NCBI GenBank assembly: GCA_028714235.1
Contig: JAQTMQ010000003.1
Location: 1,306 to 65,305, forward strand
DNA length: 64,000 nucleotides
Direction of reading: 5' to 3'
Source of the DNA: Candidatus Iainarchaeum sp.
GTDB lineage: Archaea; Micrarchaeota; Micrarchaeia; Burarchaeales; Fermentimicrarchaeaceae
Every line of letters begins with the position of its first letter. The first letter of the stretch is position 1. The translations under genes and the position numbers were made by a program. Positions 26,531-36,000 of this stretch are shown here, piece by piece. A model generated the notes under the pieces. It ran no database searches and had not been told where the DNA came from. It saw only the letters and a program-made list of their open reading frames with translations.

Positions 26531-26881
26531 TCATGCGCAGGTTGGAACCGAGGCTCCCGAGAGCGCGGGCACGAACGCACCGACCATTATCGGCGCCATC
26601 ACGGCAAGCATTATGCCGACTATCCCGCCCACGATGAGGGACATCGCCCAGTTTTGCGCGCGCGCCTTTGTCTCGGCGCCGAAGACCTGCCCGGCGGCGT
26701 ACGCGAGCCCGGCAAGGAAGAAGAGCACGAGCGCGAGCGTCGGCAGGACCTGCACCACGATCATCCGGACGGAGCATAGGGCCGCCGTTATCGGGCCCGT
26801 GCTGATTGAGCTGGACGCAAAGGCAACTGCGCTGAATGAAACCAGCATTGACAGCAGCAGAACGGACCTTTTTGGTTTCAT
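26531..26881 (-). CDS. pilin-like small membrane protein, copy A (about 116 aa from MKPKR...; the ORF-track start at 26911 is also possible)
   Basis: ORF track. Signal peptide ...AVAFA/SSSIST. Core about 85 % identical to copy B at the nucleotide level. Confidence 0.65.
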   Translation of the reverse strand: MKPKRSVLLLSMLVSFSAVAFASSSISTGPITAALCSVRMIVVQVLPTLALVLFFLAGLAYAAGQVFGAETKARAQNWAMSLIVGGIVGIMLAVMAPIMVGAFVPALSGASVPTCA

Positions 26882-26942
26882 GAACATCCCCTTTCGCGGC
26901 GGAGCATTCACTTTCCCGCCGCTGCCTGCTTATGGGTAAAGG

Positions 26943-26998
26943 ATTATTTAAGCCTATCCCAGATTCGGGCGGTTTTGGGCGCGAAAGGCGTTTATAGG
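26943..26998. promoter_or_regulatory. divergent promoter region: ATTATTTAAG (26943-26954, for pilin copy A on the minus strand) and TTTATAGG (26991-26998, about 24 nt upstream of the plus-strand ATG at 27019, leaderless spacing)
   Basis: Two isolated AT-rich TATA-like elements in a 107-bp GC-rich spacer between divergently oriented genes. Confidence 0.35.
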
Positions 26999-27018
26999 AC
27001 AAAATTGAAATTGTTTCC

Positions 27019-27630
27019 ATGCATGGGAAGGGCTCGTCGCGCAAGCGCTCGGTTGACGCTTTCCTCAAGTCGCACGGCAGGACGGCCAAGGAGATTGACG
27101 AGAGCGAGCTCCGCGCGCTCGCCGGCCCGGAAAGCCGCCCGCGGAAGGGGAAGGCGGCGCCGGGCCCGGCTTCCGGCGGGGGCGCGGCGGACGGGCCGGG
27201 AAGCCCGCGCGACGCGGTTGACGGCCTTGACTGGCGGATAAGCCCGGAAAAGGACGTGGAAAAGGGCGCCGGCACGCCGTTCGTGGCTTTCTCCTTCATT
27301 TTGTTCGCCGCGGCGGCTGCGGCCGGGGCTTGCGTCATGCTCCTGCTTTTGCCTGGGCGCGTCGGGTCCTCGCTTGCGAGGGCCGCGCCGTTCATTGACG
27401 TCAGGAGCGGGATGACGCTCGCGGGATTCGTTTCGGCCAACCCGCTCTGCTTTATCGGCGGGGTGCTTGCGCTCGTCGGCTTCCAGGCGCTGTATTACGC
27501 GTTCAACCTGCTTGCGAAGAAGAGGAAGGGCGGCGGCTACGAGCGGAAGGGAGTGACGCTGTCCATCCTGCTTTCCGTCGCAACGCTTGCCGCTGCGCTG
27601 GCGTTCGCATGGTATTTCAACCTTGTCTAG
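27019..27630 (+). CDS. hypothetical membrane protein (203 aa): Gly/Pro-rich cytoplasmic N-terminus plus about 4 TM helices
   Basis: ORF track; hydrophobic segments FVAFSFILFAAAAAAGACVMLLLL, LCFIGGVLALVGFQALYYAF, LSILLSVATLAAALAFAWYF. Confidence 0.45.
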   Translation: MHGKGSSRKRSVDAFLKSHGRTAKEIDESELRALAGPESRPRKGKAAPGPASGGGAADGPGSPRDAVDGLDWRISPEKDVEKGAGTPFVAFSFILFAAAAAAGACVMLLLLPGRVGSSLARAAPFIDVRSGMTLAGFVSANPLCFIGGVLALVGFQALYYAFNLLAKKRKGGGYERKGVTLSILLSVATLAAALAFAWYFNLV

Positions 27631-27684
27631 GGGGCGGCATGAACCGGCCTGCGCCGCATCCCCCCCTTGCCCTGGACCGCGTTC

Positions 27685-28446
27685 TCATCTAAGGATGGTG
27701 TACTTCGTCAGGTAGATTTGGGTCTGGTACATTACCAGGAACGGCATTATGAACAGCGAGTTTGCGACGAGGACCAGGACCTGGGTGAAAGGGATGACCG
27801 CGCGGAGGTTCATGAACAGGAGGTCGATTGCCGAGATTGACGCGATTGCGAGCAGGAGCCAGAGCAGCACGAGCTTGGGCTGCTTCCCGATGACCGCGAC
27901 GCTTGTCTTGAGCGCCTGGAACGGGGCCTGCTCGTCTATGACGATTGCGGCGGGCGCGAAGAACAGTGGCGCCGAGACGATTATGCCGGCAACCGGGAGG
28001 AACCAGTTGTTGAGGGCGAACTCGTACCCCACGAGGTCCACGATGAGCAGGAGCGCCCACGCGGTGAGGTAAAGCCAGAACACGTTGAGCACGTATTTGC
28101 CTATGCTGTTGATCACTTCCTTCTTCACGCTCGTGAAGGTGCGCTGGGACTTGATTACCAGGTTTATCGCGACGATGGCGAACGACACGAGGAACAGCGA
28201 CAGGAGGAACGCTGCGACGATGACCGCCGCGTCGAGCATGGTGAGGTCCACGTACATGCTGCCCGTGCGGAGGAACGTCGCCCCGAGGGCGAGGTAGGTC
28301 GGCATCGGCGACAGGAGGGGTATCGCGAATGCGAGCAGGAAGGGTATCGAGAAGAACGATACTATTTGGACGTTGTCAAAATACGCGTCCGCAGTGAGTT
28401 TCAGCGTGTCTGCCATCTTGAACCGTAGTTTATTTTTTGGCCGCAA
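27685..28446 (-). CDS. polytopic integral membrane protein (at least 6 TM), unknown family; start could be the internal MADTL at 28416
   Basis: ORF track. Uniformly hydrophobic with protein-like composition. TATA-like TTTATATA at 28447-28454 in the divergent spacer. Confidence 0.5.
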   Translation of the reverse strand: MRPKNKLRFKMADTLKLTADAYFDNVQIVSFFSIPFLLAFAIPLLSPMPTYLALGATFLRTGSMYVDLTMLDAAVIVAAFLLSLFLVSFAIVAINLVIKSQRTFTSVKKEVINSIGKYVLNVFWLYLTAWALLLIVDLVGYEFALNNWFLPVAGIIVSAPLFFAPAAIVIDEQAPFQALKTSVAVIGKQPKLVLLWLLLAIASISAIDLLFMNLRAVIPFTQVLVLVANSLFIMPFLVMYQTQIYLTKYTILR

Positions 28447-28572
28447 TTTATATAGCTTTTCAGCGCGTGCCGCTGAAGCGCGCGTTTCAGGCGGGCGCGG
28501 GAGCGCGCGGCCGATTCCGGTTTGGCGCGCGATTTATTAAACTTGGAACCGGCTTAACTGTCCGGGTTTTCC

Positions 28573-30081
28573 TTGGGCGAACGACTTGCGGCGGGGGGGA
28601 GGGCGCTTCCCGTCCTGCTGGCGGTTTTGCTTGCCGTCCAGGCGGCAATGCACGTGGCGCTAATCGGCGCAATGCAGTTTTCGGACGAGGGCACGTACCT
28701 CGCCATGGGGAAATTCGTTTCCCAAGGCGAGATAATCTACAGGGATTTTTTCGACTACCACTCGCCGGGCACGACGCTCGCCGCCGCCGCCGCGTTCTCG
28801 GCTTTCGGCCCGTCCTACGGGCTCGCGAGGGTGCTCGCCCTCGCGGCGCAGCTCGGCGTAACCCTGCTGCTGTTTTTCGTCGGGAGGGAATGGTTCGGGG
28901 AAGAGGTCGCGCTTCTCGGGGCCGCGGTTTACGCGCTGACCGAGCCCACGCTGGGCGGAATCTGGTTCGTCGCGGAGCCGTTCCTCGCGTTTTTCACGCT
29001 CGCCTCCTTCGCGCTCTTCTATTTCAGGTATTACGCGAAGGGGCCGGCGTGGCTTGACGCGCGCCTGCTGCTGCCGGCCTCCGGAATCGCGGCCGGGTTG
29101 GCGGCGGCTTTCAAGCAGCCCGGCGCCGCGTTCGCGTTGTTCGTTTTTCTCGCGATCGCGGCGACCGGCCTGCTGCGCGGCGAGCGGAAGGAAAGGGTTG
29201 CCCGGGACCTGGCGTCGTTTTCCCTCGGCGCGGCGCTCCCGTGGCTCCTGCTGGCGGCGTATTTCGCGCTCGCGGGCGGGCTTTGGGACGCCGCGTACTG
29301 GCTCGTGTATTTCCCGGTAGTCGTGAAGAATTCGCGGGACGCGGGTTTTTTCGTGGAGACGCCGGGAAGCCCCATGTTCTTGGTGGCGGCCGCGGCCCTG
29401 GTGGCCTGCCTGCTCGCGAGGGGGAAGGTGTATGCGGACGGGCGCGGGCTTTCGCGCGACGCGCTTGCGCTCGGCTTCATCGCGTTCGCGTGCGTTACCG
29501 GGGTGCCGCGCTTCAACGCGTTCCACGTGATGGCCGCGTTTCCCGTGCTCAGCCTGCTTTCCGCCGAGGTGCTGCTCTCCAGGATTCCGCCGAAGGTAGG
29601 CAGCCTCGGGAAGCTCGTGCCCGCGATGGAAACGCTTGCCGCCGGTTTCGCGGCCTACTTTGTCGCATTCTCGGTTTTGGCCGCGGCGCTGCTTGCGCTT
29701 TATCCCGGCGAAAGCGCGTACGGGATGCACCGGGAGCTGCGGTGCCTCGGCGGGCCGCTGCTTGCGGTGCCGTTTGACAATTTCGCGTATTTTTTTTCGG
29801 ACTGCGGCCATGCCTCCTATTATATAATGCTGGACCCGGTGTGGGCCACGCCCGAAATGGACGCGCGCGCCTGGGAGGACGTGCGGGCGAAAAACGCGAC
29901 GGTCGAGTATGCGGCCGAGAGGGTGAACGGGAAATGCCTCGAGGACTTCGCGCCCGTGCTGTTCCGGGGCCTGAAGGCGGATTACGAGGTTTACTCCCAG
30001 CCGGGCGAGAACATGTTCGTTTTGAAGCCGAAAAGCGGCGAGACGCGTCCCGACGCCGGGGTTTGGGGCGCGTGCAAGTGA
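28573..30081 (+). CDS. GT-C-fold integral membrane glycosyltransferase (ArnT/PMT, GT39/GT83-like), paralogue 1
   Basis: Multi-TM protein with an acidic DE motif in the first extracytoplasmic loop (QFSDEGTYLAMGKFVSQGEIIYRDFFDYHSPG), matched in the neighbour (FGDEGYYANEADFVSRGMVIYRDFFDNHSPG). TTG start in the track; an ATG at 28648 is an alternative. Confidence 0.55.
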   Translation: MGERLAAGGRALPVLLAVLLAVQAAMHVALIGAMQFSDEGTYLAMGKFVSQGEIIYRDFFDYHSPGTTLAAAAAFSAFGPSYGLARVLALAAQLGVTLLLFFVGREWFGEEVALLGAAVYALTEPTLGGIWFVAEPFLAFFTLASFALFYFRYYAKGPAWLDARLLLPASGIAAGLAAAFKQPGAAFALFVFLAIAATGLLRGERKERVARDLASFSLGAALPWLLLAAYFALAGGLWDAAYWLVYFPVVVKNSRDAGFFVETPGSPMFLVAAAALVACLLARGKVYADGRGLSRDALALGFIAFACVTGVPRFNAFHVMAAFPVLSLLSAEVLLSRIPPKVGSLGKLVPAMETLAAGFAAYFVAFSVLAAALLALYPGESAYGMHRELRCLGGPLLAVPFDNFAYFFSDCGHASYYIMLDPVWATPEMDARAWEDVRAKNATVEYAAERVNGKCLEDFAPVLFRGLKADYEVYSQPGENMFVLKPKSGETRPDAGVWGACK

Positions 30082-30097
30082 CGGGGCGTGGTGCGCG

Positions 30098-31519
30098 ATG
30101 GACTCAAAGCCCGCTTTTGCCGCGTTGGCCCTGATTCTTGCCGCACAGCTCGCATGCCACGCCGCGTTTTCCAAGGCGCTGGTCTTTGGCGATGAGGGGT
30201 ATTACGCGAACGAGGCGGACTTCGTTTCCAGGGGAATGGTCATCTACAGGGATTTTTTTGACAACCATTCGCCCGGCATCGCCTACGCCGGGGCCGCAGG
30301 ATTCGCGGTTTTTGGCAGGTCGTTTGAAAGCGGGCGGCTCGTCGTCGCGCTCGTCCAGGCCGCGGCAACGGTCGCCGTGTTCTATTTCGCTTCAAGGCTT
30401 TACGGTAATTTCGCGGGCACTGTTGCCGCCGGGTATTACGCGGCAGCCGAGGTCCTGATGGGCGGGTTCTGGTTCATCACCGAGCAGTTCCTCGCCTTCT
30501 TCATCCTCCTCTCCGCGTTCTGCGCGTGGCAATACTTTTCCGCGCGCGAAAAGCCGCGCGGCAGGGACATTTTTCTGGCGGGCTTTTTTGCGGGCGTCGC
30601 GCTCCTCTTCAAGCAGCCCGCCGCCTGCTTCGCAGCCGCCTTGGCGGCGTTCGCGGCGTCCGACAAGGCGTCGGCGCGCGGCGTGCCGCTCCTGCTCGCC
30701 GGGATTATGCTGCCCGTCGCGCTCGCCTCCGCGTATTTCCTCGCGTCCGGCGCGCTCCCGCAGGCGGCTTACGGCGTCCTCCTCTTCAATTTCGGCGTGA
30801 AGGGAATGCGGGACGCGGACTTCTCCCTGCTCTTCACCCCGTTCAGCCTGCTCCAGATGGCGCCGCTCCTCGTGGGCGCTGCGCCGCTCGCCTGGAAGGC
30901 CGCGAAAGGCGGGTGGAGCCGCCTTGACGCCTTCCTTTTCGCGTGGATTGCGTGCGCCGCCATGGCCGCGTTCCCCAGGTTCACGACGTACCACCTGATG
31001 GCGGCGCTGGCTCCGGCGGCCATCATTTTTTCCGGGGCCGCGGAAGGCGCGCTTTCGGCGGACGGGCGCGAAGCGGGCTGGCGCGGCGCCGCGCTGCGCG
31101 GCGCAATCGCGTTTTTTGCGCTGGACGCGCTCGCGGTTGCGGCGGTCGCGGCGCTCTCCGGCCAGATGGGCGACGAGATAAGCGCCTACTCCCAAGTCGA
31201 ATCCTACGTGCACGCGCATTGCGGCCTTTCGGAAGGCGTCTTCGGGTTCCCGGGCGGCGCCTACTTCTTCATGAACGCGACGCCGGCGACCTACTACCTT
31301 GAATTCTCGCCCTGGCTCGTGAGCCCGGAAATCGAGGCGGACACGATTGCCGAGCTCGAGGAAAAACGGCCGGATTGCGCGGTCGTGTGGAACCGGTGGC
31401 TCGAGCTGTCCGAGTCGAGGACGGCCACGCCGCGCCTGTACGCGTACGTTGAGGACAACTACGGCGGCGCGTGGCCCGCTCCGGGCGGCGAGTTCACCGT
31501 CCTCAAGAGGAACGGCTAG
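30098..31519 (+). CDS. GT-C-fold integral membrane glycosyltransferase, paralogue 2
   Basis: ORF track. Paralogous to 28573..30081 throughout (shared motifs YRDFFD.HSPG, LFKQP.A.F). Confidence 0.55.
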   Translation: MDSKPAFAALALILAAQLACHAAFSKALVFGDEGYYANEADFVSRGMVIYRDFFDNHSPGIAYAGAAGFAVFGRSFESGRLVVALVQAAATVAVFYFASRLYGNFAGTVAAGYYAAAEVLMGGFWFITEQFLAFFILLSAFCAWQYFSAREKPRGRDIFLAGFFAGVALLFKQPAACFAAALAAFAASDKASARGVPLLLAGIMLPVALASAYFLASGALPQAAYGVLLFNFGVKGMRDADFSLLFTPFSLLQMAPLLVGAAPLAWKAAKGGWSRLDAFLFAWIACAAMAAFPRFTTYHLMAALAPAAIIFSGAAEGALSADGREAGWRGAALRGAIAFFALDALAVAAVAALSGQMGDEISAYSQVESYVHAHCGLSEGVFGFPGGAYFFMNATPATYYLEFSPWLVSPEIEADTIAELEEKRPDCAVVWNRWLELSESRTATPRLYAYVEDNYGGAWPAPGGEFTVLKRNG

Positions 31520-32798
31520 CTTTTTTCGCTGGCCTGCACAGCAGGCAGGACTGCGTCGCGCCGGTTACGACCGCCTCCACCCGCTCCCCGGGCCTTGAAG
31601 CCGGGAGGGCGGCCGGCAGGTAGGAGTCGGTCCTCCCGCTCGCGCCCCCATCCCGCTTTTCCGTGACGAGCACGCTCGCTTTCCTCCCGACCTGCAGGAG
31701 GAGCACGCGTTTCGTCACCGCCTTGCAGAGGCGCGACGCCTCGCCGCTGCGCCGCTTCACCTCTGCGGCGGGAAGGGGCCGCATTCTCGCGGCGGGCGTG
31801 AACGGGCGCGGCGCGAACCTCGAAACGTTGACGATGACGGGCCTCGCTTTCCCGAGCAGGCGCAGGGTCTTGCCGAAATCCTCCCGCGTTTCTGAAGGGT
31901 AGCCGACGATGACGTCGGTCGCGAGGGTGATTTCCGGAAATTTTTTCCTGAACGCGGCCGCCACGGAAAAAAAATCTTTTGCCGAGTAGTTCCTGCGCAT
32001 CGAGTTCAGGACGCGGTCGCTCCCGCTTTGCACGGGCAGGTGGACGAACTTGTAGATTCTCTCGGATCCGTAGGCGCGCAAAAGCTTCGGCAGGATGCGC
32101 TTCGCGTGCCCGGGGTTCATCATCCCAACGCGCACGCGGAAGTCGCCGGGGATTGCGGTTATCCCGTCGAGAAGGTCGGCGAGGTCTCTTTTCGGCTTCA
32201 GCTCCATCCCGTACGCCCCGGTGTCCTGCGCGGTGAGCTGGATTTCCTTCGCGCCGTTTTCCACGCAGCGCGCGATTTCGCAAAGTATCTGCCGCATCGG
32301 GTAGCTGCGGAGGCGGCCGCGCGCCAGCTTCGTCTGGCAGTACGAGCACGCGCCGAGGCATCCTTCCGCAACCGGGATTCTGGCTATCGCGCCGGCATGC
32401 GCGCGCGGCAGCTCGAGCTTCTCCTCCTTCCTCGCGGTGATGGTGACGCGCCTCCCGCCCGCCGCCGCCTCGACCGCCTCGACGATTCTCGAGATTGCGC
32501 GCGTGCCGAGGATTACCGCGCCCGGCGCGCGCCTCCCCGCGATTCCAGGGTTCGCCTCAGGGAGGCAGCCCGCCAAGACCAGCCTCTTCCCGGCGTCGTG
32601 CAGCTTTTTCGCCTTGTCGAGGATTTTTTGCTCGGTAACGCCCTTGACCGTGCACGTGTTCAGGACGATTACGCCCGCGCCGCTTTCGCTTTCCGCCACC
32701 GCGTAGCCGTTCGCCTCCAGGATTGCGAGCATCGCGTCCGAGTCGGACCGGTTGTACGCGCAGCCGTAGGTCTTGAGGAAAATCCGGGGCTTTTGCAT
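31503..32798 (-). CDS. radical-SAM methylthiotransferase of the MiaB/RimO/MtaB family (archaeal MtaB/CDKAL1-like, ms2t6A tRNA modification); start trimmed to MQKPRIFLKTYGCAYN
   Basis: N-terminal MTTase domain with conserved Cys (TYGCAYN, LNTCTV, LAGCLP), radical-SAM CLGACSYC, C-terminal TRAM-like region. The first 56 track residues are Arg/Ala-rich with no upstream signal. Confidence 0.75.
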   Translation of the reverse strand: MQKPRIFLKTYGCAYNRSDSDAMLAILEANGYAVAESESGAGVIVLNTCTVKGVTEQKILDKAKKLHDAGKRLVLAGCLPEANPGIAGRRAPGAVILGTRAISRIVEAVEAAAGGRRVTITARKEEKLELPRAHAGAIARIPVAEGCLGACSYCQTKLARGRLRSYPMRQILCEIARCVENGAKEIQLTAQDTGAYGMELKPKRDLADLLDGITAIPGDFRVRVGMMNPGHAKRILPKLLRAYGSERIYKFVHLPVQSGSDRVLNSMRRNYSAKDFFSVAAAFRKKFPEITLATDVIVGYPSETREDFGKTLRLLGKARPVIVNVSRFAPRPFTPAARMRPLPAAEVKRRSGEASRLCKAVTKRVLLLQVGRKASVLVTEKRDGGASGRTDSYLPAALPASRPGERVEAVVTGATQSCLLCRPAKKASRSS

Positions 32799-32846
32799 CC
32801 GGTTTAAATTGTTGACGGCGGAAATATAAACCGATTCACAGGGTGC

Positions 32847-33044
32847 ATGTTGATGGCCGTATTGATTTGCGAAAAATGCGGGGGCGAAACCATCGCCTTC
32901 GAGAAATGCTCCGGCTGCGGGAAAAAAATCTGCAGGAAGTGCGTGAAGTCGCAGAAGAAGCTGCACAAGCTTGACCGCGTGGCGATTTGCAGGGAGTGCT
33001 GGGGCAGGATGGGCAAGCGCGGGAAATTCAAGTCCGCCCGCTAG
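32847..33044 (+). CDS. small zinc-ribbon protein (four CxxC pairs)
   Basis: ORF track; CEKCGG...CSGCGKKICRKCV...CRECWG. Confidence 0.4.
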   Translation: MLMAVLICEKCGGETIAFEKCSGCGKKICRKCVKSQKKLHKLDRVAICRECWGRMGKRGKFKSAR

Positions 33045-36000
33045 CGGGCTCTCGCTTCCCCAGCGCTATCTCCACGTCCTCGTCCTCAATCCTCCACTTC
33101 TTCGCGGTCCCGGGCAGGCCGCCTTTCTGCGAGAGGTGGAGTTTGGAGGCGTGCACCTCGCGCGCGAGCTCGTCCTTCTGTGTCTTCAATATCGCGAGGA
33201 ATTCCTTGGGCGCGCAAACCGTCGCCTCGATTTCGTCTTTTTCCACGAGGCCCATCTCCTTCCTCATCAGCTGGATGCGGCGCGCCACTTCCCTGCGGAG
33301 GCCCTCCGCGTAAAGCTCGCCCGCGACCTCGGTTTTCACGAGGACCTTTGACTCCGGGCCGGGCGCGAGCGCGTACCCCGGCGGCGGCGTCTCCACGAAC
33401 TCGACCATGTCCGGGACGATGGGGAACTTGTAGTTTTCCACCGCGAGCTCGAACCTCCCGTCCGCAAGCGCGTCCCGCAGCTCCTCTGGCCTCATCGCCT
33501 CGAGCCGCTCCCTGACTTTTTGCGCCTTCTGCTTGAACGCGGCGCCAAGCCGGTTCGCGCTCACCTTGAACGACACGGTCGTGGGCGGCTTGTCCTCTAT
33601 GCGCAGCCTTTTCACGTTCGCGAGCATCTCGATTATGAACGGGAGCCTTTCAACCGCGCCGCGCACCTCGGTCGACTGCGTGGCGACGACCGCCTCCGCG
33701 ACAGGCCAGCGCAGGTTGACGCCCGCTGACTGGCGCGCGTTCGCCGCGGCGCTTGCGAGGTCGACCGCTATCTCCATCTGCCTCTCGAGCGCCGGGTTGA
33801 CCGCGCCGGGGTCGTGCTCCGGCCACGCGAGCATGGAAACGCTTTCCGCCCCCTCGTGCTTCCTGAACGCGTTCTGGTATATTTCCTCGGCGATGAACGG
33901 CACCAGTGGCGCCGCCATCCTGGTTGCTGAGAGAAGCGAGTCGTAAAGCGCCCTGAGGAGCGCCTTCTTGTTCCTTTCGTCGCCGAGCCGCTTTTTCGCG
34001 AGCTTCAGGTAGAGGCGGCTCAGGTCCGCGACGATGAACCTGCGGAGCGCGCGGCTCGCCTCGTGGACGGCGTAGGATTCCATCGCCTTCGTCGCCTGGA
34101 GGATGGTCGAGTTCATTCGCGAGACGAGCCACTGGTCCTCGAGGTCGTAGTCGGGCTTCTCCTTTGCGGCGGCCTTCGGGTCGAAACCTTCCGCCTCCAT
34201 CGCGCGCAAGAGGTAGACGTGGAGGTTCCAGAAGATTCCGAGCGCGCGGCTCGCGTCCTTCAGCTCGTCCTCGTTCGAGCGGAGGTCGTCCCAGACCACC
34301 GAGTTGAGGGCCCAGAGCCGGAACCCGTCCCCGCCGTATTTCGCAATCGTCTCGCGGAACGGGACGAAGTTGCCTTTCGACTTGCTCATCTTTTCCCCGT
34401 TCTCCGCGACCATGTGGCCGTGCATCAGGAGCGCGCGGTACGGTACCTCGCCGTTCCTCACCATTCCGCAGGCGAGCAGGGAATAAAACCATGACTTGAT
34501 TTGCTCCTTTCCCTCGCAGACGAGGTCCGCGGGATACCATTCCGCCATCCCTTCCTCTCCGAGCGTGCACCACATCATGTTGCCGGAGTCGAACCACACG
34601 TCAAGGATGTCCGGGATTCGCTTCATCTCCCCCTTGCATTTCCTGCAGGCGAAGGTTACCGCGTCAAGCTGGGGCTTGTGCAGCTCGGAAAGCTTTTTTC
34701 CCGACCTCTCCTCAATCTCCGCCCTTGACGCGAACAGCTCGGACTCGCCGCATTTGCCGCACGACCACAGCGGGAACGGGATGCCCCAGTACCGCTGGCG
34801 CGAGATGCACCAGTCCGGCGCATTGGAAACCGTGTTCTTGAACCAGACGCCCGCGTGCGGCGGCTGCCACTTCACGCGCCCGGCCTCGGCAATCATTTTT
34901 TCCCGGAGCGATGACATCGCGATGTACCACTGCTCCGAGGCGATGTAGATGAGGGGCGACTTGCACCGCCAGCACACCGGATAGCTGTGCGTCACCCTCC
35001 CGACCGAGAGAAGCAGGCCTTTTTCCCTCAAGTCCCCAAGCACCTTTTCGTTCGCGTCGAAAACGCCCATTCCCGCGTACTTGCCCGCGTCCCGCGTGTA
35101 GATTCCCGCGATGCTCACAGGGCTGAAGGCGGGCGCGCCCTCGCGCTTCCCTATCTCGAAGTCCTCCGGCCCGTGGCCCGGCGCCGTGTGGACGATGCCC
35201 GTGCCCTCCTCGAGCGTGACGTGCTCCTTGCTCAGCGTGACGTAATGGAATTTCTTCAACTCTTTTGACGAGTGGGCGGGGACCTCGCTTGCGAGCGGCT
35301 GCTCGTACCTCATCCCCTCAAGCTTTTTCCCGGAGAACTCTTCGACCACCTTCGGCGCGAGGCCGAACGGGTCCGCAATAGCCGCAACCGCGCCGAGCCG
35401 CTCCTTCGCGAGAATCCACGTCTCGCCGTTGACGTTCACCTTAACGTACGTGAACTCCGGGTGCGCCATGAGCAGCAGGTTCGCGGGAAGGGTCCACGGC
35501 GTCGTGGTCCACACGAGGAGGTAGGTCGAGTCCTCGCCCGAAACCCTGAATTTCAGGTAAACCGACGGGTCCGCCTGCTCGGCGTGCTCGATTTCGTTGT
35601 TCGCGAGCGCGGTTTCGCACCTCGGGCAGACCGGCCCGACCCTGAAGCCCTTCGCGAGAAGTTTTTTTTCCTGCGCGCGCCTGAGGGTGAGCCAGGAGCG
35701 CTCGATGAACGCGTCCCGGAACGTTATGTCCGCCCCGTCCCAGTCCATCCAGACGCCGAGCGACTTGAAGTCGCCGGACATCGTCCCGATGTACTTGGTC
35801 GAATACTCCTTGCACTTTTCTATGAACCGCTCCACCCCGTAATCCTCGATGTCCTTCTTGGACTTGAACTTGAGGGACCTCTCCACCTTCTCCTCTATCG
35901 GGAGCCCGTGCGAGTCGAAGCACGGGATGGTGTTGACCTTGAAGCCGCGCATCCTCTTGTAGCGGTATACCGCGTCCTTCAGCGCCTTGTTCCACGCGGT

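Larger units (their letters stand above)
25728..26911 (-). repeat. tandem triplication of the pilin-like gene; copies A and B retain long near-identical nucleotide stretches (about 26074-26290 vs about 26541-26760)
   Basis: Direct comparison of the two segments (cgaggctcccga[a/g]agcgcgggcacgaacgcaccga ... gaagaagagcacgagcgc...). Proteins align over the full length. Confidence 0.6.

Noticed and set aside
28660-30174. 504-aa minus-strand ORF, and similar ORFs 30392..31219-, 31516..32361-, 33650..34597-, 35272..36252+, 42564..44522-, 45060..45902-, 51413..52459-, 53685..54914-, 55737..56849-, 61715..63145+
   Set aside because: Each lies antisense or off-frame to a gene with clear family motifs (GT-C, MtaB, IleRS, P-ATPase, ABCE1, TctA-like, MtaD, AhcY, AtpA). 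Compositions are Arg/Pro/Gly-biased, which is a GC-rich artefact.
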